A DNA stretch of 51,321 bases from Vermamoeba vermiformis (Eukaryota), in contig JBEWZL010000054.1 in assembly GCA_045837725.1 (NCBI GenBank), positions 1-51,321 of the forward strand. Reading direction: 5' to 3'. The translations under genes and the position numbers were made by a program. Each line of letters begins with the position of its first letter. Positions within the stretch are counted from its first letter, which is position 1. Under the pieces are notes generated by a model, which was given only the letters and a program-made list of their open reading frames with translations, searched no databases and was not told where the DNA came from. Positions 1 to 11,752 of this stretch are shown piece by piece.

Positions 1-209
1 TTAAATACAGCCTCGGGCATAAAATCGTGCAAACTGACTGATCGAGTGTATTGTGATTGTATTCTATTGTCGAATAATAATGCCCAGCGTCTTTCACACT
101 CATCCGAAATTGCTGTATCAGCGTTTTCAGATTTAATGCGTAGATTAACGCTCCGCATTGTTTCCATCATTAGCTTATTCTTGACAATATTAAGTTGCGT
201 CTTATCCAT
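1..209 (-). CDS. 5' part of a hypothetical protein running off the window edge
   Basis: ATG at 209 opens a stop-free frame to position 1 (MDKTQLNIVKNKLMMETMRSVNLRIKSENADTAISDECERRWALLFDNRI...). No family recognised. Confidence 0.45.
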   Translation of the reverse strand, partial: MDKTQLNIVKNKLMMETMRSVNLRIKSENADTAISDECERRWALLFDNRIQSQYTRSVSLHDFMPEAVF

Positions 210-422
210 TGTTTCGTTTGATTAATTGTGGTCGTCATTACGAGCTTATTTATGTAACTCGTGACGACTGTCAGATGTGTAAAATTCCAAAACACTATTT
301 CTCCGCACTTGACTTGAATTAAAAAGATATTTTTCGTTTTTACCCGAAATTAGCGATAAAAAGCATTCGATTGAACCACTTTTTAATCGCATTATTTCGA
401 TTATTATACAACACGATCCAAC

Positions 423-837
423 ATGGACCCACTCGTTCGACGATTTGGCACACCCGCCGGCATTCGAATTCTGAATCTGATCGTTGCCGTTGCTTTCTTG
501 GTTTTAGCAGTTGGCATTATTTTGCTTTCGCTCGCTCTCAATGGTCTTATGGATGCCTGTAAGTACCTACTTAAACAGATAAACGTGCAATTTACGGTAG
601 ATCAGGCTTATAAATTTATGGAATTCCAACGGTTACTTGACACATTTGCTTAAAGCTACTAAATCGATATTAACTAATATCAATTACTAATAATATTGCA
701 GTTTCTGGCTTTATTGCTGGCATCGTGCTCATTTGCCTAGGTGGATTGGTATGGCTCGTGTTTTTGATTTTGGTATTCATCGTGCGAGCAAAGAGATTCT
801 AAAAGACGCAACCTTATTTATGACACTTGTAATTTAA
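423..837 (+). CDS. Small two-TM membrane protein (2 exons)
   Basis: GATGCCT|GTAAGT ... TTGCAG|TTTCT joins in phase. Two hydrophobic spans (ILNLIVAVAFLVLAVGIILLSLAL; FIAGIVLICLGGLVWLVFLILVFIV). TAA at 835-837. Confidence 0.7.
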
Positions 838-1146
838 TAGAATATATAAAATACCTATTTTATTTGTATTTTTGGATGTGACTGTGTGTAACCATCGTGC
901 ACAAGCTTTTCGATTGCTGGTTTATTTTACCGCGATATAATCAAGCTTGCGATCGCGATTGATTCGATTTTTGATTGATTCCGTCTCTTTCATTCGCTGG
1001 ATGTGGTGCACCGATTATGATTCTGGTTCGCTCGATTATTCTCTTCTTAGTAACCGCCATGCACCCACACGCACGAGAACTTTAGGACCATCGATAGTCT
1101 CGAGCCGGTTATATTAGCCGTTGCGCAGTAAATCTCTTCTTTTCAA

Positions 1147-3240
1147 TCATTTTTTGCCCGTCTTCGGCGTGTAACTGACGCTCACTGAATTTTTGCTAAA
1201 TTTAACGTTCACTACGACCTCTTCGGAGTCAGAGCTATCACTAGAATCGTAGAACTTGACGGGCACTTTGTAGGCTTTCTTCTTTTTAGGACTTTTAGGC
1301 GCTACTACGTTGACTCTAATCGGCGAAGCAGATCGCTTAGGTGTCGATGGGCTGCTCACCGGCGATTTACTGCTATAAATACAAAAATATCACAATTAGC
1401 AATTATAAACTTGGCAGATCCTCGGTGTACGAGCAAGTTATAAAAAATACTTACGTCTTTGCATTGGCTATTGCTTTCTTCTCCAATTCTTCTCGCTTTT
1501 TCTTCTCTTCGAGCTCTTTTTTGCGCTTCTCTTCTTCACTTCGCTTTTTTTCTTCCTCGATCCGTCGTTGTTCTTCAGCTTTTTTCTTCTCCTCTTCGAT
1601 TCTACGTTGCTCTTCCTCGATGCGCTTCTTTTCCTCGAGTTCTTTTTGCTTCTTTTCTTCCTCATCTTGCTTTCGCTTCTCTTCTTCGTAACGTTTCTTC
1701 TCCTCAATCCGCTTGGACTCTTCATCTTTCTGAAGCTGTTTCATGTTCTTATACTTATCAATAGCGGGAAGAACCGTCGCTACATAAGTCATGACGCTTT
1801 TTTCGTCAATTTGCTTAACGTTGGTAAAGTCCTCTGCTTCGAGGATCTTGAACGCGCCCATTTTATGCTCAAGAATATCAAATGCGGTAGACAATCGCTC
1901 TTCATTCGATTTCTATGTATAAGCATTAGTATTGTACTAATTAATTAGTATTCTAGCTTTTTCGTACCGATTGTAATGCATTATAATCAATCAAGCTCGG
2001 ATCAGCTTGATGAACTAGAGCACAAAAGACGCGGCCATCAGCGAAACTATATGACTTGGTTAATATAAACCTTAACTTAACCGTATTGAGCCATTAGACC
2101 TTACCTGGTAGAAAAGTCATTGACGACAAGATCAGTGTGATCCGGTACCAACCGTCGTTGCACTTCTCGCAATAGTACAGCACGTGTACTATTATCACCT
2201 GTCTTATCGTTCTTGTTTTTCGCAGTTGATTCGCTTGTGGGTTTTTTTGTGTTGGTGATTTCGATCGGTGCAGGTGTCACTATTGGCTCCTCTGTGACTA
2301 CTTCAACTTCTTCGAAAATAACATATGGTGGCAATGGCGGGGGTGGCGGTGGTGGGGGTGGATTATTTTCATCATTGTTAGTGAGGTAGAAGTTCACTGG
2401 TGGAGGTGGCGGTGGTACTGGGGGAGGGGGTGGCGGATCGACTTTGACACGTGTCCACTTTTTGACAGGAGGTTTAACGGGTTGCGGTTGTGCTGAAGGC
2501 GCTGCTAGCATCGATTCTAGCACTGGATCTTCATTGGATTGAAGGCCTTTGAGTCCTTTGTTGATCTGGTACTGCCGGATCAGACTCCACACGAGACCCA
2601 AAATGATCTTTTGATTTTCCTTCAAAAGGTCTGTTTATGCGATAACAATTAGTATGCTCGCATACGCTTTAAACAATCGTCGTACCATCTGGGCCAATAT
2701 TTTCAATATGAATTTTCTCATCCTTGATGAACTGAAAGCATTGACTAAGACAATCAATTTGTTCGAATTTCGACTTTGGGGTTGTTGATGCAATAGCAGA
2801 CTAGTAAATTAAGTATTAACAGCTGAGTTTGAATGAGATAACGTTAAAAAACAGATCGCGGCTTATCTTGCAATTGAAAAAAGCCCATTTATCTAAGAAT
2901 ATTACTTTGCGGTTATTGCGATAAGTTATAATGTATTTTCAACCGAAGACACAGAGATCAAGCGGGTAAATTATTAGCTTAACAAAATCTTATGTCACGG
3001 GATTTCTATTACCTTTTTAATCTTCGAGTCCGGAAACTTTCCTTCAGCTAATATATTTAATAATTTTAATAAGGCGAAACCTTTGCCCAGATCTTCCAGA
3101 GCCGAGATGGGTTCAAATCCTCCACTGCGCAGATGAGCGTTAACCCACCGCAGGAAGCTCTTTAAATAAGTTAATATAATATGATGTTAACCTGATCTTA
3201 CCTTGTATTGCATAGCAGCCCATGGCTCGGGGGTCTGCAT
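1147..3240 (-). CDS. Actin-binding protein: tandem calponin-homology domains (alpha-actinin/filamin-type ABD), polyproline insert, E/K/R-rich helix
   Basis: Spliced exons give WAAMQYKSFLRWVNAHL, ENIGPDDLLKENQKIILGLVWSLIRQYQI (CH1) and DFST..DGRVFCALVH..DPSLIDY, IDEKSVMTYV (CH2). EEEKKR repeats follow, then a Ser/Lys-rich tail. Confidence 0.85.
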
Positions 3241-3626
3241 CTTCAAGTTACTTTCAGAACTATTTGCTCATTACAGCTTCTTATTTGCTCATATAAGAGT
3301 TCGTGTTTATTAAACTTAATGACGATAAAGCGAGCTAATTGTGGTAGTCGAGATTAAGTGACATTAATTAATGTCGCACGAGCAAAGAATGTTTTTTTGT
3401 AGGTTTGTTTTTTTTTTAGGGCATCGTCGTAGAACTACAGGTTGGGCATAATTCCTCAACCGCCTTCAACACGTCACAATGATGTTAATAAATTAACTAA
3501 TTTACATTTTTTCTTCGCTAAATTTTCATGCGACGGAAAAAACATAAAAATCTTCGTCCTTGACGGTTTATTTTATCTAACAACATTTAACTATCGCACA
3601 CGCGTCGTTAATTCATATATAATATC

Positions 3627-4487
3627 ATGGCTGAAGTCGAGAAGGAAAGAATCGAAGGCAAGAACAAGTCCAGATCTTCAAGCGTTTCAAGCAGTGATGA
3701 AGAGAAGAAGCCCAAGCATGCTGAAGGCAAAGAAAAGGCCGCTGAGGGCAAGTTCTTGTACGACTTGTACATCAAGGGCAAGTACTTGATCGCTGCTGTG
3801 GATATGCCGGGCATGAGACGCGAAGACTTCAACATTGCTTTTGATGGCGATGTCTTGAACATTTCTGGCGAGAAGTAAGTGAGCTTAACGCCCGTGTGGC
3901 TTATTATACGAGCGCAGTTTGCTGATTTGGCCGTTTTCAGGAAAGTAAAGGAAAACAAGGACTTCAAGTACTTGGTTCAACAACGAACTGCTGGTCCCTT
4001 CGAGCTTGCCATCGAAATCAGCAAGCACAACATCGAAGTTCGCAAGAAGGGTAATTTTTATTTCAGATTCACTGTTGTCAAAATATCTAAATTTGTTGTA
4101 ATTGCTTTCAGACATCGAAGCCCGATATAAGAATGGTGTTTTGAAGGTTGCCTTGAGACTCAAGAAGGTCGAGGATATCTCCACTGTTATCCAAGTCTCT
4201 TTCAAGTAAGTAACGATCAGATGTGAACCGGTATTTAAATTCGTGAATCATAACGTTACATGGTGCTTTTAATATTGGCACTCGGTGTCTTTTATAAGGG
4301 CACTATAAATTTGGTAATTAATTAATTGCTTAACTGCACGCGAATCCGCTTTAAGATAATATCTCCCACAAACACCGAATGCTTAATTAACTAATTGCCT
4401 ATTATTAGGAGCACTGTCAAGAAGGCCGACAACAAGGAAGGCGGCGAGGCTAAGCCCAAGGATGCTGCTGAGGGTGGCGACGAATAA
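3627..4487 (+). CDS. Small heat-shock protein (Hsp20/alpha-crystallin domain), 4 exons
   Basis: VDMPGMRREDFNIAFDGDVLNISGEK ... DIEARYKNGVLKV motifs. Three in-phase GT-AG introns; TAA at 4485-4487. Confidence 0.88.
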
Positions 4488-4827
4488 GTCCGTAACACAA
4501 AAAATCATTCGCTTAAATAACCGTGAAGGACTTGTAGCGATGTTAAATGTAAGCATATGACGAAATCCTTATTTAATTTATTGTAAACCTCCTCGAATAT
4601 AAAATTTTGTAGATTTAGACCAACTAAATCCAGATCATTCTTTGCGTCAAGCCATTCTATGATCAGAAAGGTATAATATGTCGTACGATCTTACGATATA
4701 GAAATAGCATTGTGATTTCCACAATCTCATAAAGAATGCAGCGCGTGTTGCAATTTAACCGTTGCAAATATTCAGCGTGACAACGGAAGAACCCAACACC
4801 AACCCTAGGCTAATATTAAGTTACTAA

Positions 4828-5754
4828 ATGTCTACCATCAATTACGCACCCAATGATTTTCAATACACAATACGTAGAGCAACTGCACAGGACATTGACG
4901 CAATCTATGATCTAATCCAAGGTACGAATTTCAGGCCAGCAGTTTGCTTCAGGTCTCAGTTCTTTATAATCCTTTTTAATTATTTTAAAATGCTTGTATT
5001 TATCGGTCGATCATTGGAAATCTATTGAAGAACGAAAATCAATCTGACTGATTTCCATCCCACTTATCCTTCGACTTTTTGCGACTTTGCATATGATCAT
5101 TTAAATAACACAGGGAATTATTTTCAGTTTTAATAATTTATTTGCGCAGGACTGGCCGAGTACGAGAAAGGTCACGTTTCATTAACGAAAGAAGAGTTAC
5201 TTGCAGACGGATTTGGACCTCATCCATTTTATTATGTATTTATTGCAGAGACTAAGACCAGTAAGTATTTTAAATTATGCAACTAGAATTTCTGTACAAA
5301 TTACTAATGCGATCCACCTAGATCCAGTACAAGCCATCGGCTTCGCATTATATTTCTATCAATACTCTACCTGGGAAGGCCGTACATTATATTTAGAGGA
5401 TTTATTCATCAAAATCGAGCATAGAAAGAACGGACTGGGTTACCAACTTCTGCAAGTCCTCGCCAAAGAAGCAAAAGACAATAATTGCCGAAGGTACGTA
5501 CATTAAAGCACTACATTTATCATATAACTATCGTATGACATTTTGGTGATGTGCGTGAGTTGCTTAGTTCCATTCTATTTTCTAAATCCAAAACTTTGAT
5601 TAGGTTTCAATGGACGTGCTTGGACTGGAACACGCCCAGCATCGAATTTTACAAGAAAATAGGCGCAAAAGAACTCAGCGAATGGCTCATATTCAGAATG
5701 GACAGTGCTGCGATCGACAAGTTTTTAAGCGAGAAGAAACTCGACGACAAATAA
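4828..5754 (+). CDS. GNAT diamine/polyamine N-acetyltransferase (SSAT-like)
   Basis: IRRATAQDIDAIYDLIQGLAEYEK, YSTWEGRTLYLEDLF, RKNGLG, WTCLDWNTPSIEFYKKIGA across 4 exons. Confidence 0.92.
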
Positions 5755-6282
5755 ACGAGTAAATTAGCTATCCTTTAATATAAGCATACTTATGTAGCGT
5801 TTAGATTGGCGAGGCAAGTCCAGCCACTGAGCGGTCTGCTAAACTGAAATGTGTTCGAGATCCTACAACCTTGGTATTTTGGATCGCACTTGCTCTTGCA
5901 CGCGAGTGTGGATCGGCCACACTAATAAGTGCACCTGGCACAAGATTTTTACCTCGGTCCTGACTTTGACACGTGCGTGCCAAGAAGTGTCGTTCAACTC
6001 TTCGTTCATTTTTTCTATTTCACTTTTGCACATAAAGGTAAGGAGACAAGGCGGAGCTCATTAAATTAATTATTTAAAGTTATTTTTAACACTATTTGGA
6101 TAACAATTGGTTGCAATAATTGGCGGCAAAGATTTTCTTGACAGCGCCAGAGTTGAATTAACAAGTTGCTTATAATTATGACGATTTTGTTTATAATTAA
6201 ATTGACTTATAAATTTATCGTTATTTTACTTAGTATCAGCATTGGCTAGTTTTATAAGGGTATTAATTATTTTTTTTGGAAG

Positions 6283-8663
6283 ATGTGGAAGAAACTTACT
6301 ACCATCGCCATCATCTTGGCGTTGGCCTCCCTTGCCATGAGCAAGATGGTCATAAAGGGATCTCCTACTGCCACTAGCAGATTTTGGGTCCCATCCACTG
6401 CACCTCACGCATCTACTCCTATGAAGCTCTTCGTTGCTTTGAAGGAGCGAAACCTTAATGTTTTGGAAGAAAGACTCGCCAAGACTTCTGACCCTAACTC
6501 TCCTGAATACGGCAAGCACTTGTCCTTCGAGGAGGTCGTCCAGATTAGCGGTGCTACGGACGAGCAGATCGAAACTGTAAGTCTTTTATTACGATTCAGT
6601 GCATTGTAGAAATTAATGTATTTATAATGTTGCACTAGGTCACTGCTTGGTTGAAGGCTCACGGCATTGAACACGAAGTCACTCCTTCTCGCAGCTTCAT
6701 TCGCATTAACAGCAATGCTGCCCGTATGGAGAACTTGTTGAACTGCAACTTGAGGTAAGTCCGGTAATAAGATGCAATATCTAGTCTATCAAGAGCGTAT
6801 CTAGGCCGTTCTTGAAATTACACGCTTTTTTAAGTGACCTGCATTTAATTTTCGTGGTACTAATTGGGCTCTTAGATACTACCAAGCTACCCACTCCAAC
6901 AAGAAGATCATTCGTTGCGCTGGTTCTTACTCTGTCCCCGAGGAGATCCACCCTCTTATCGACTTCGTTGGTCCCGTCCACGGTTTCCCTCGTCCTCGCC
7001 GTGCTCGTGCTCCCAAGGTACGGGTCAAACTTTTCTGTCATTTGCAAAACCAAAATCTATTTATTAATCTTTAAATAATAATTTACGGCCAATAATACTT
7101 ACTTCGCACGACTATGATAGGGCCCAATGTTCTTCGACGAAGCCGTCACTCCGGATTTGATCCACAAGATCTACAACGTTACTCTCGGATATCCCAACTT
7201 GAAGGTCAACAACACTCAAGCTGTCTTCGAGGCCGGTGACAACTACATGCCTTCTGACGTTCAACAATTCTTCCAGGTAAGTAATGAAGACTAACTTGTT
7301 GCCGCTGATCAGATCGAGAAAAATTTTATGCTGATTGTCGAAGCTGAAGTTAATGTCGTATTAATTTTGTTTATACAGACCTACGCTCCTGCTTTGCAAG
7401 GTCAAAAGATTGTTAAGCACTTGGGTAACGAGAAGAACGATCCGACCAACCCTGGTGAAGGTGAAGCCATTTTGGACGTTGAATACATCATGTCCATGGG
7501 CAGCTTTGCTCCTACTTATTACTACGCTTATGACGATAGCGATGACGTCATCAAGCTCTTCCTCGAATACGCCCTGGACTTGGCCAATGATCCCAAGCCT
7601 CCATTGATCCACTCCATCTCATACGGTGAATACGGTGGTAACTACCCTATCGAACACGTGCTTCGTGTCAGCAATGAATGGATGAAATTGGGCAGTACGT
7701 TTAACTCTATATATCGTTATGAATGCAGGTGCTAACTTAGCGTCGTGTAGCCCGTGGTGTTTCCATCTTTGTTGCTAGCGGTGACGATGGTGTTGGTTGC
7801 GATGATAACTGCGACTCCTTCGAGGTAAGCTTAGCTCTATTATTAATATGGCAAGGTTAACTAATGCTCGGTAAACTAGTTCCCTTACCCCAGCAGCCCT
7901 TATATCACTCTCGTCGGTGGTACTGATGTCTACAAAGGTAAGTCTCAGTTCATCTCTCATGCAATATCATGGTACTAAGACTCGCTCTATTGTTAGACAG
8001 CAACGGTCGCTACTACGAAACTGCTTGGGACGGTAGCAGCGGTGGTTTCTCTGGCGACTTCCCCGTACCTTCGTGGCAAGCCGCTCAAGTTGCAGCATAC
8101 TTGCAACAACCTGGTCTCCCTACTTCGTACTTCAATGGCTCTGGTCGTGGTCTCCCCGATATTAGCGCCCCTGGTAGGCCACAAAATTCATACCGATCTA
8201 ACGCGATCCGTTGACTTAGTTAAACTTTTGTAGCTGACAACGTCATGATTATTATGGGTGGCTCTCAAACTCCTATTGGCGGTACCTCCTGCGCTGCTCC
8301 TGTCATTGCCGGTTTGTTTTCTTTGATCAACGGAGTCCGCTTAAAGGCCGGCAAGACCCCTGTTGGCTTCATCAACCCCGCCATCTACACTTTGAGCTCT
8401 CAAAACCCTACTGCCTTCTATGACGTTACTCAAGGCTCTAATCCTGATGGTTGCTGCCCTGGTTTCCGTATGTATTTGATTTTAAGCACCCCTCACTAGC
8501 GATCTGAACGTAGCGGATTCAGTTTTTCGTTTGGTTAAAACGTTTGAAATATTCTCTGACCTGTCTATTTTTAACAGCTGCCACCAAGGGTTGGGACGCA
8601 GTTACTGGTCTCGGCACTCCCAACTTCCGTGAGTTGTTGAAATATTTCTCTCAACTCCCTTAA
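6283..8663 (+). CDS. Secreted S53 serine-carboxyl peptidase (sedolisin/tripeptidyl-peptidase I-like), paralog A
   Basis: Signal peptide; prodomain SDPNSPEYGKHLS; catalytic EAILDVEY, SGDDG, GGTSCAAP; C-terminal GWDAVTGLGTPNF. Multiple introns. Confidence 0.95.
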
Positions 8664-9111
8664 ACAGTGCACTTCCTTTACGTCTCAACTCCCTTAAAGA
8701 GTGCATTCCGCAACTTAGGACCGAAGGACGTTCAGTCTTGTATGGTCCTTTGAGTAATAAATACTCAGGAGTTTATACAGACTATTTGCTTGAATCTATC
8801 CACTCACTTTTGAAAAGGCACGTGATTTCAAATACGCAGCGGAAAATTCGTCAACAGCCAACGGAGGCGAAAATCATTAGTTATTTCTCTTTACGATAAC
8901 TATCACAAGGTAAGCGAAGGAAAACTTTGCCTTAGCTGAACATAAATTAATTTATTTGCGAAGAAAATATTGTACCGGTACAAAGTTCTCTTGCCATGGA
9001 TCCTTAACTTTTCAATTAATTATAATATATTAAGATCTTAATTCAGCTATAATTATTTGTAGGATTACGCGATAATATGTATTCTCTTGCTGATCGATTT
9101 TTTTTTTTCAG

Positions 9112-11509
9112 ATGTGGAAGAGAATCGCGTCTATCGCCATTATATTGGCACTATTCGGTGTTGTGTTCAGCACTAAGCTCGTATTGAAAGGTTCTCCGGT
9201 TGGGAGAAGCAAATTCTGGCGCCAAGCTGAAGAGTTGCATCCATCGACCCCGATGCGTCTCGTTGTTGCTTTGAAAGAAAGAAACATGAACATTGTTGAA
9301 GAAAGACTTGCTATGACGTCAGATCCTACTTCTCCCGAATACGGCAAGCACATGAGCTGGGAAGAGCTCACCGCCTTGACTGGAGCAACAGATGAGCAGA
9401 TTCGTACCGTAAGTTACCATAACAAGCTTTAAATTTTTAAATTATTGCTTTATTTTAATATTTTCTTTCAACTGTTCTAAGATCTGATCCGGATTCGTTT
9501 GTTTAGGTCTCTGCTTGGTTGAAGTCTCACGGCATTGAACACGAAGTTACTCCTTCTCGCAGCTTCATGCGCATCAACACTACCGTTGCCCGCGCCGAGA
9601 AAATGCTGAGCTGCAACTTGAGGTAAGTCCAAGTGTACATTCTCTGATTGGTTGCCAGCGATTTCCTAAAATGGCAAAAACACGTACTGACAAACACAAT
9701 CCAGAGCGTTCGAGACTGTTACATCTCCTCGAAAGAATATTATTCGCTGCTTGGGCGCGTACTACGTCCCTGAAGAGATCGACCAGTTGATCGACTTTGT
9801 TGGTCCTGTTCACGGTTTCCCTCGTCCTCGCGCCACTGGTCGACGTGTATGAGCGATAAGGACTGACGATTTATATAGATATATCTAACTTTATGTCAAT
9901 AGGGCCTCTCTGCTGTCTCGGGAAACGAAGTTGCCGTTACTCCCGCTTTGCTCCGCAAGCTCTACAACGTTACTCTCGGACAACCCAACTTGAGGGTCAA
10001 CAATACTCAAGCCGTTTTCGAATCTGGTGACAACTACTTGCCTGAGGACTTGCAACAGTTCTTCCAGGTAAGTCACGAAGACGAAAAGTTCTAATCGGCT
10101 TTCGGTCCTGATCCGCACAATTAACATTTGACATCGTATTAATATTTTATTGCAATAGACTTACGCTCCTGCTTTGCACGGCCAGACGGTCCTCAAGTAC
10201 TTGGGCAATGAGCCTAACGACCCCAACGGTCCTATTTTAGGGGAGGCTACATTGGACGTTGAATACATCATGGCCATGGGCAGCTACGCACCTACTTATA
10301 TGTACGGCTATAACGACACCAATGACGTTATCCACTTGTTCCTCGAATACGCCATGGACTTGGCCAATGATCCCAAGCCCCCATTGATCCACTCCATCTC
10401 ATACGGTGAATATGGTGGCGACTACCCGATTGACCAGGTTCTTCGTGTCAGCAATGAATGGATGAAATTGGGCGGTAAGCAGTTCGAGGAAATGGAACGT
10501 ATCGTGACCCTGATCTAATATTCGTGTAGCTCGTGGTATTACTATCTTCGTTGCTAGTGGTGACGACGGTGTCGGTTGCAACGACGCTTGCAATCAATTC
10601 GAAGTAAGTCCGTTACAATTGAATGTACGGTCTAACCACTCATATAATATTTTAGTTCCCTTACCCCAGCAGCCCTTACATCACCCTCGTTGGCGGTACA
10701 ATGGTCTATCAAGGTGAGCACATGGCTCTAGTTCATCATGACTCTAAACCATTGCGTGCAGACTCCAACAGTCAGTTCATGTACGAAGTTGGTTGGGGCG
10801 GTGGCAACGGTGGTAGCAGCGGTGGTTTCTCTGGTGACTTCCCCATTCCTTCATGGCAAGCCTCTCAAGTTTCAGCGTACTTGCGCCAGCCTGGTCTTCC
10901 AACAACTTTTTTCAACGGAACTGGCCGTGGTCTTCCCGATCTCAGTGCTCCTGGTAAGTCAGCTCAATACTAATAATTATAATAATCATTCTCGAGCATG
11001 CAATTCGCATTTTAGAAATTTTTCGTTGGGTCAAACCCGAGTTTGTGATGATACTATTGACACTTAATTTTCAGCTGACAACGTCATGATTATTGTTGAA
11101 GGCAATGCAATGCCTATCGGCGGTACCTCCTGCTCTGCGCCAATCGTTGCCGGTATGTTCTCATTGATCAACGGAGTCCGCTTGAAGGCCGGCAAGGCCC
11201 CTGTTGGCTACATTAACCCCGCCATCTACAAGTTGAGCACTTTGAATTCTCAAGCATTCTATGATGTTACTCAAGGCTCTAATCCTGATGGTTGCTGCCC
11301 TGGCTTCCGTATGTATTTGAGTTTAAGCTCACGAGCGATCTGAACGTAACGGATCGGATCGGATTAAGTTTTTCGTTTGGTTGGAACGTTTGATGAAAAT
11401 TCTGACCTGTCTATTTTTAACAGCTGCCACCAAGGGTTGGGACGCAGTTACTGGTCTCGGCACTCCCAACTTCCGTGAGTTGTTGAAGTATTTCTCTCAA
11501 CTCCCTTAA
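9112..11509 (+). CDS. Secreted S53 peptidase, paralog B (tandem duplicate)
   Basis: Same exon layout and motifs as paralog A: EATLDVEY, SGDDG, GGTSCSAP, GWDAVTGLGTPNF. Confidence 0.95.
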
Positions 11510-11752
11510 ACAATTCACTTTCGTTATGTCTCAGCTGCGGTCTTGCTATTATGCGTGATTAGTAACGCATTGATTCCGCATGTAATAAACGAGCCATTTG
11601 AGTGCTAAGAACTTGTTGATCCGGTACAAATGTTAGAGCAGAGCAGGAGATCACTCGAGATTATGGTTTTTACATCCAGCGGAAGGAGTCGTATGCATTT
11701 GAATTCGCCAACAATATTACTTAATGCTCGTGGACGATAACATTGATATGTT

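Noticed and set aside
1-209. Faint resemblance to the TFIIA large-subunit N-terminal helices
   Set aside because: Only a helical pattern and one Trp match, and the gene is truncated by the window.
1341-1948. Plus-strand ORFs rich in F/S/L
   Set aside because: They are antisense shadows of the E/K-rich exon of the CH-domain gene.
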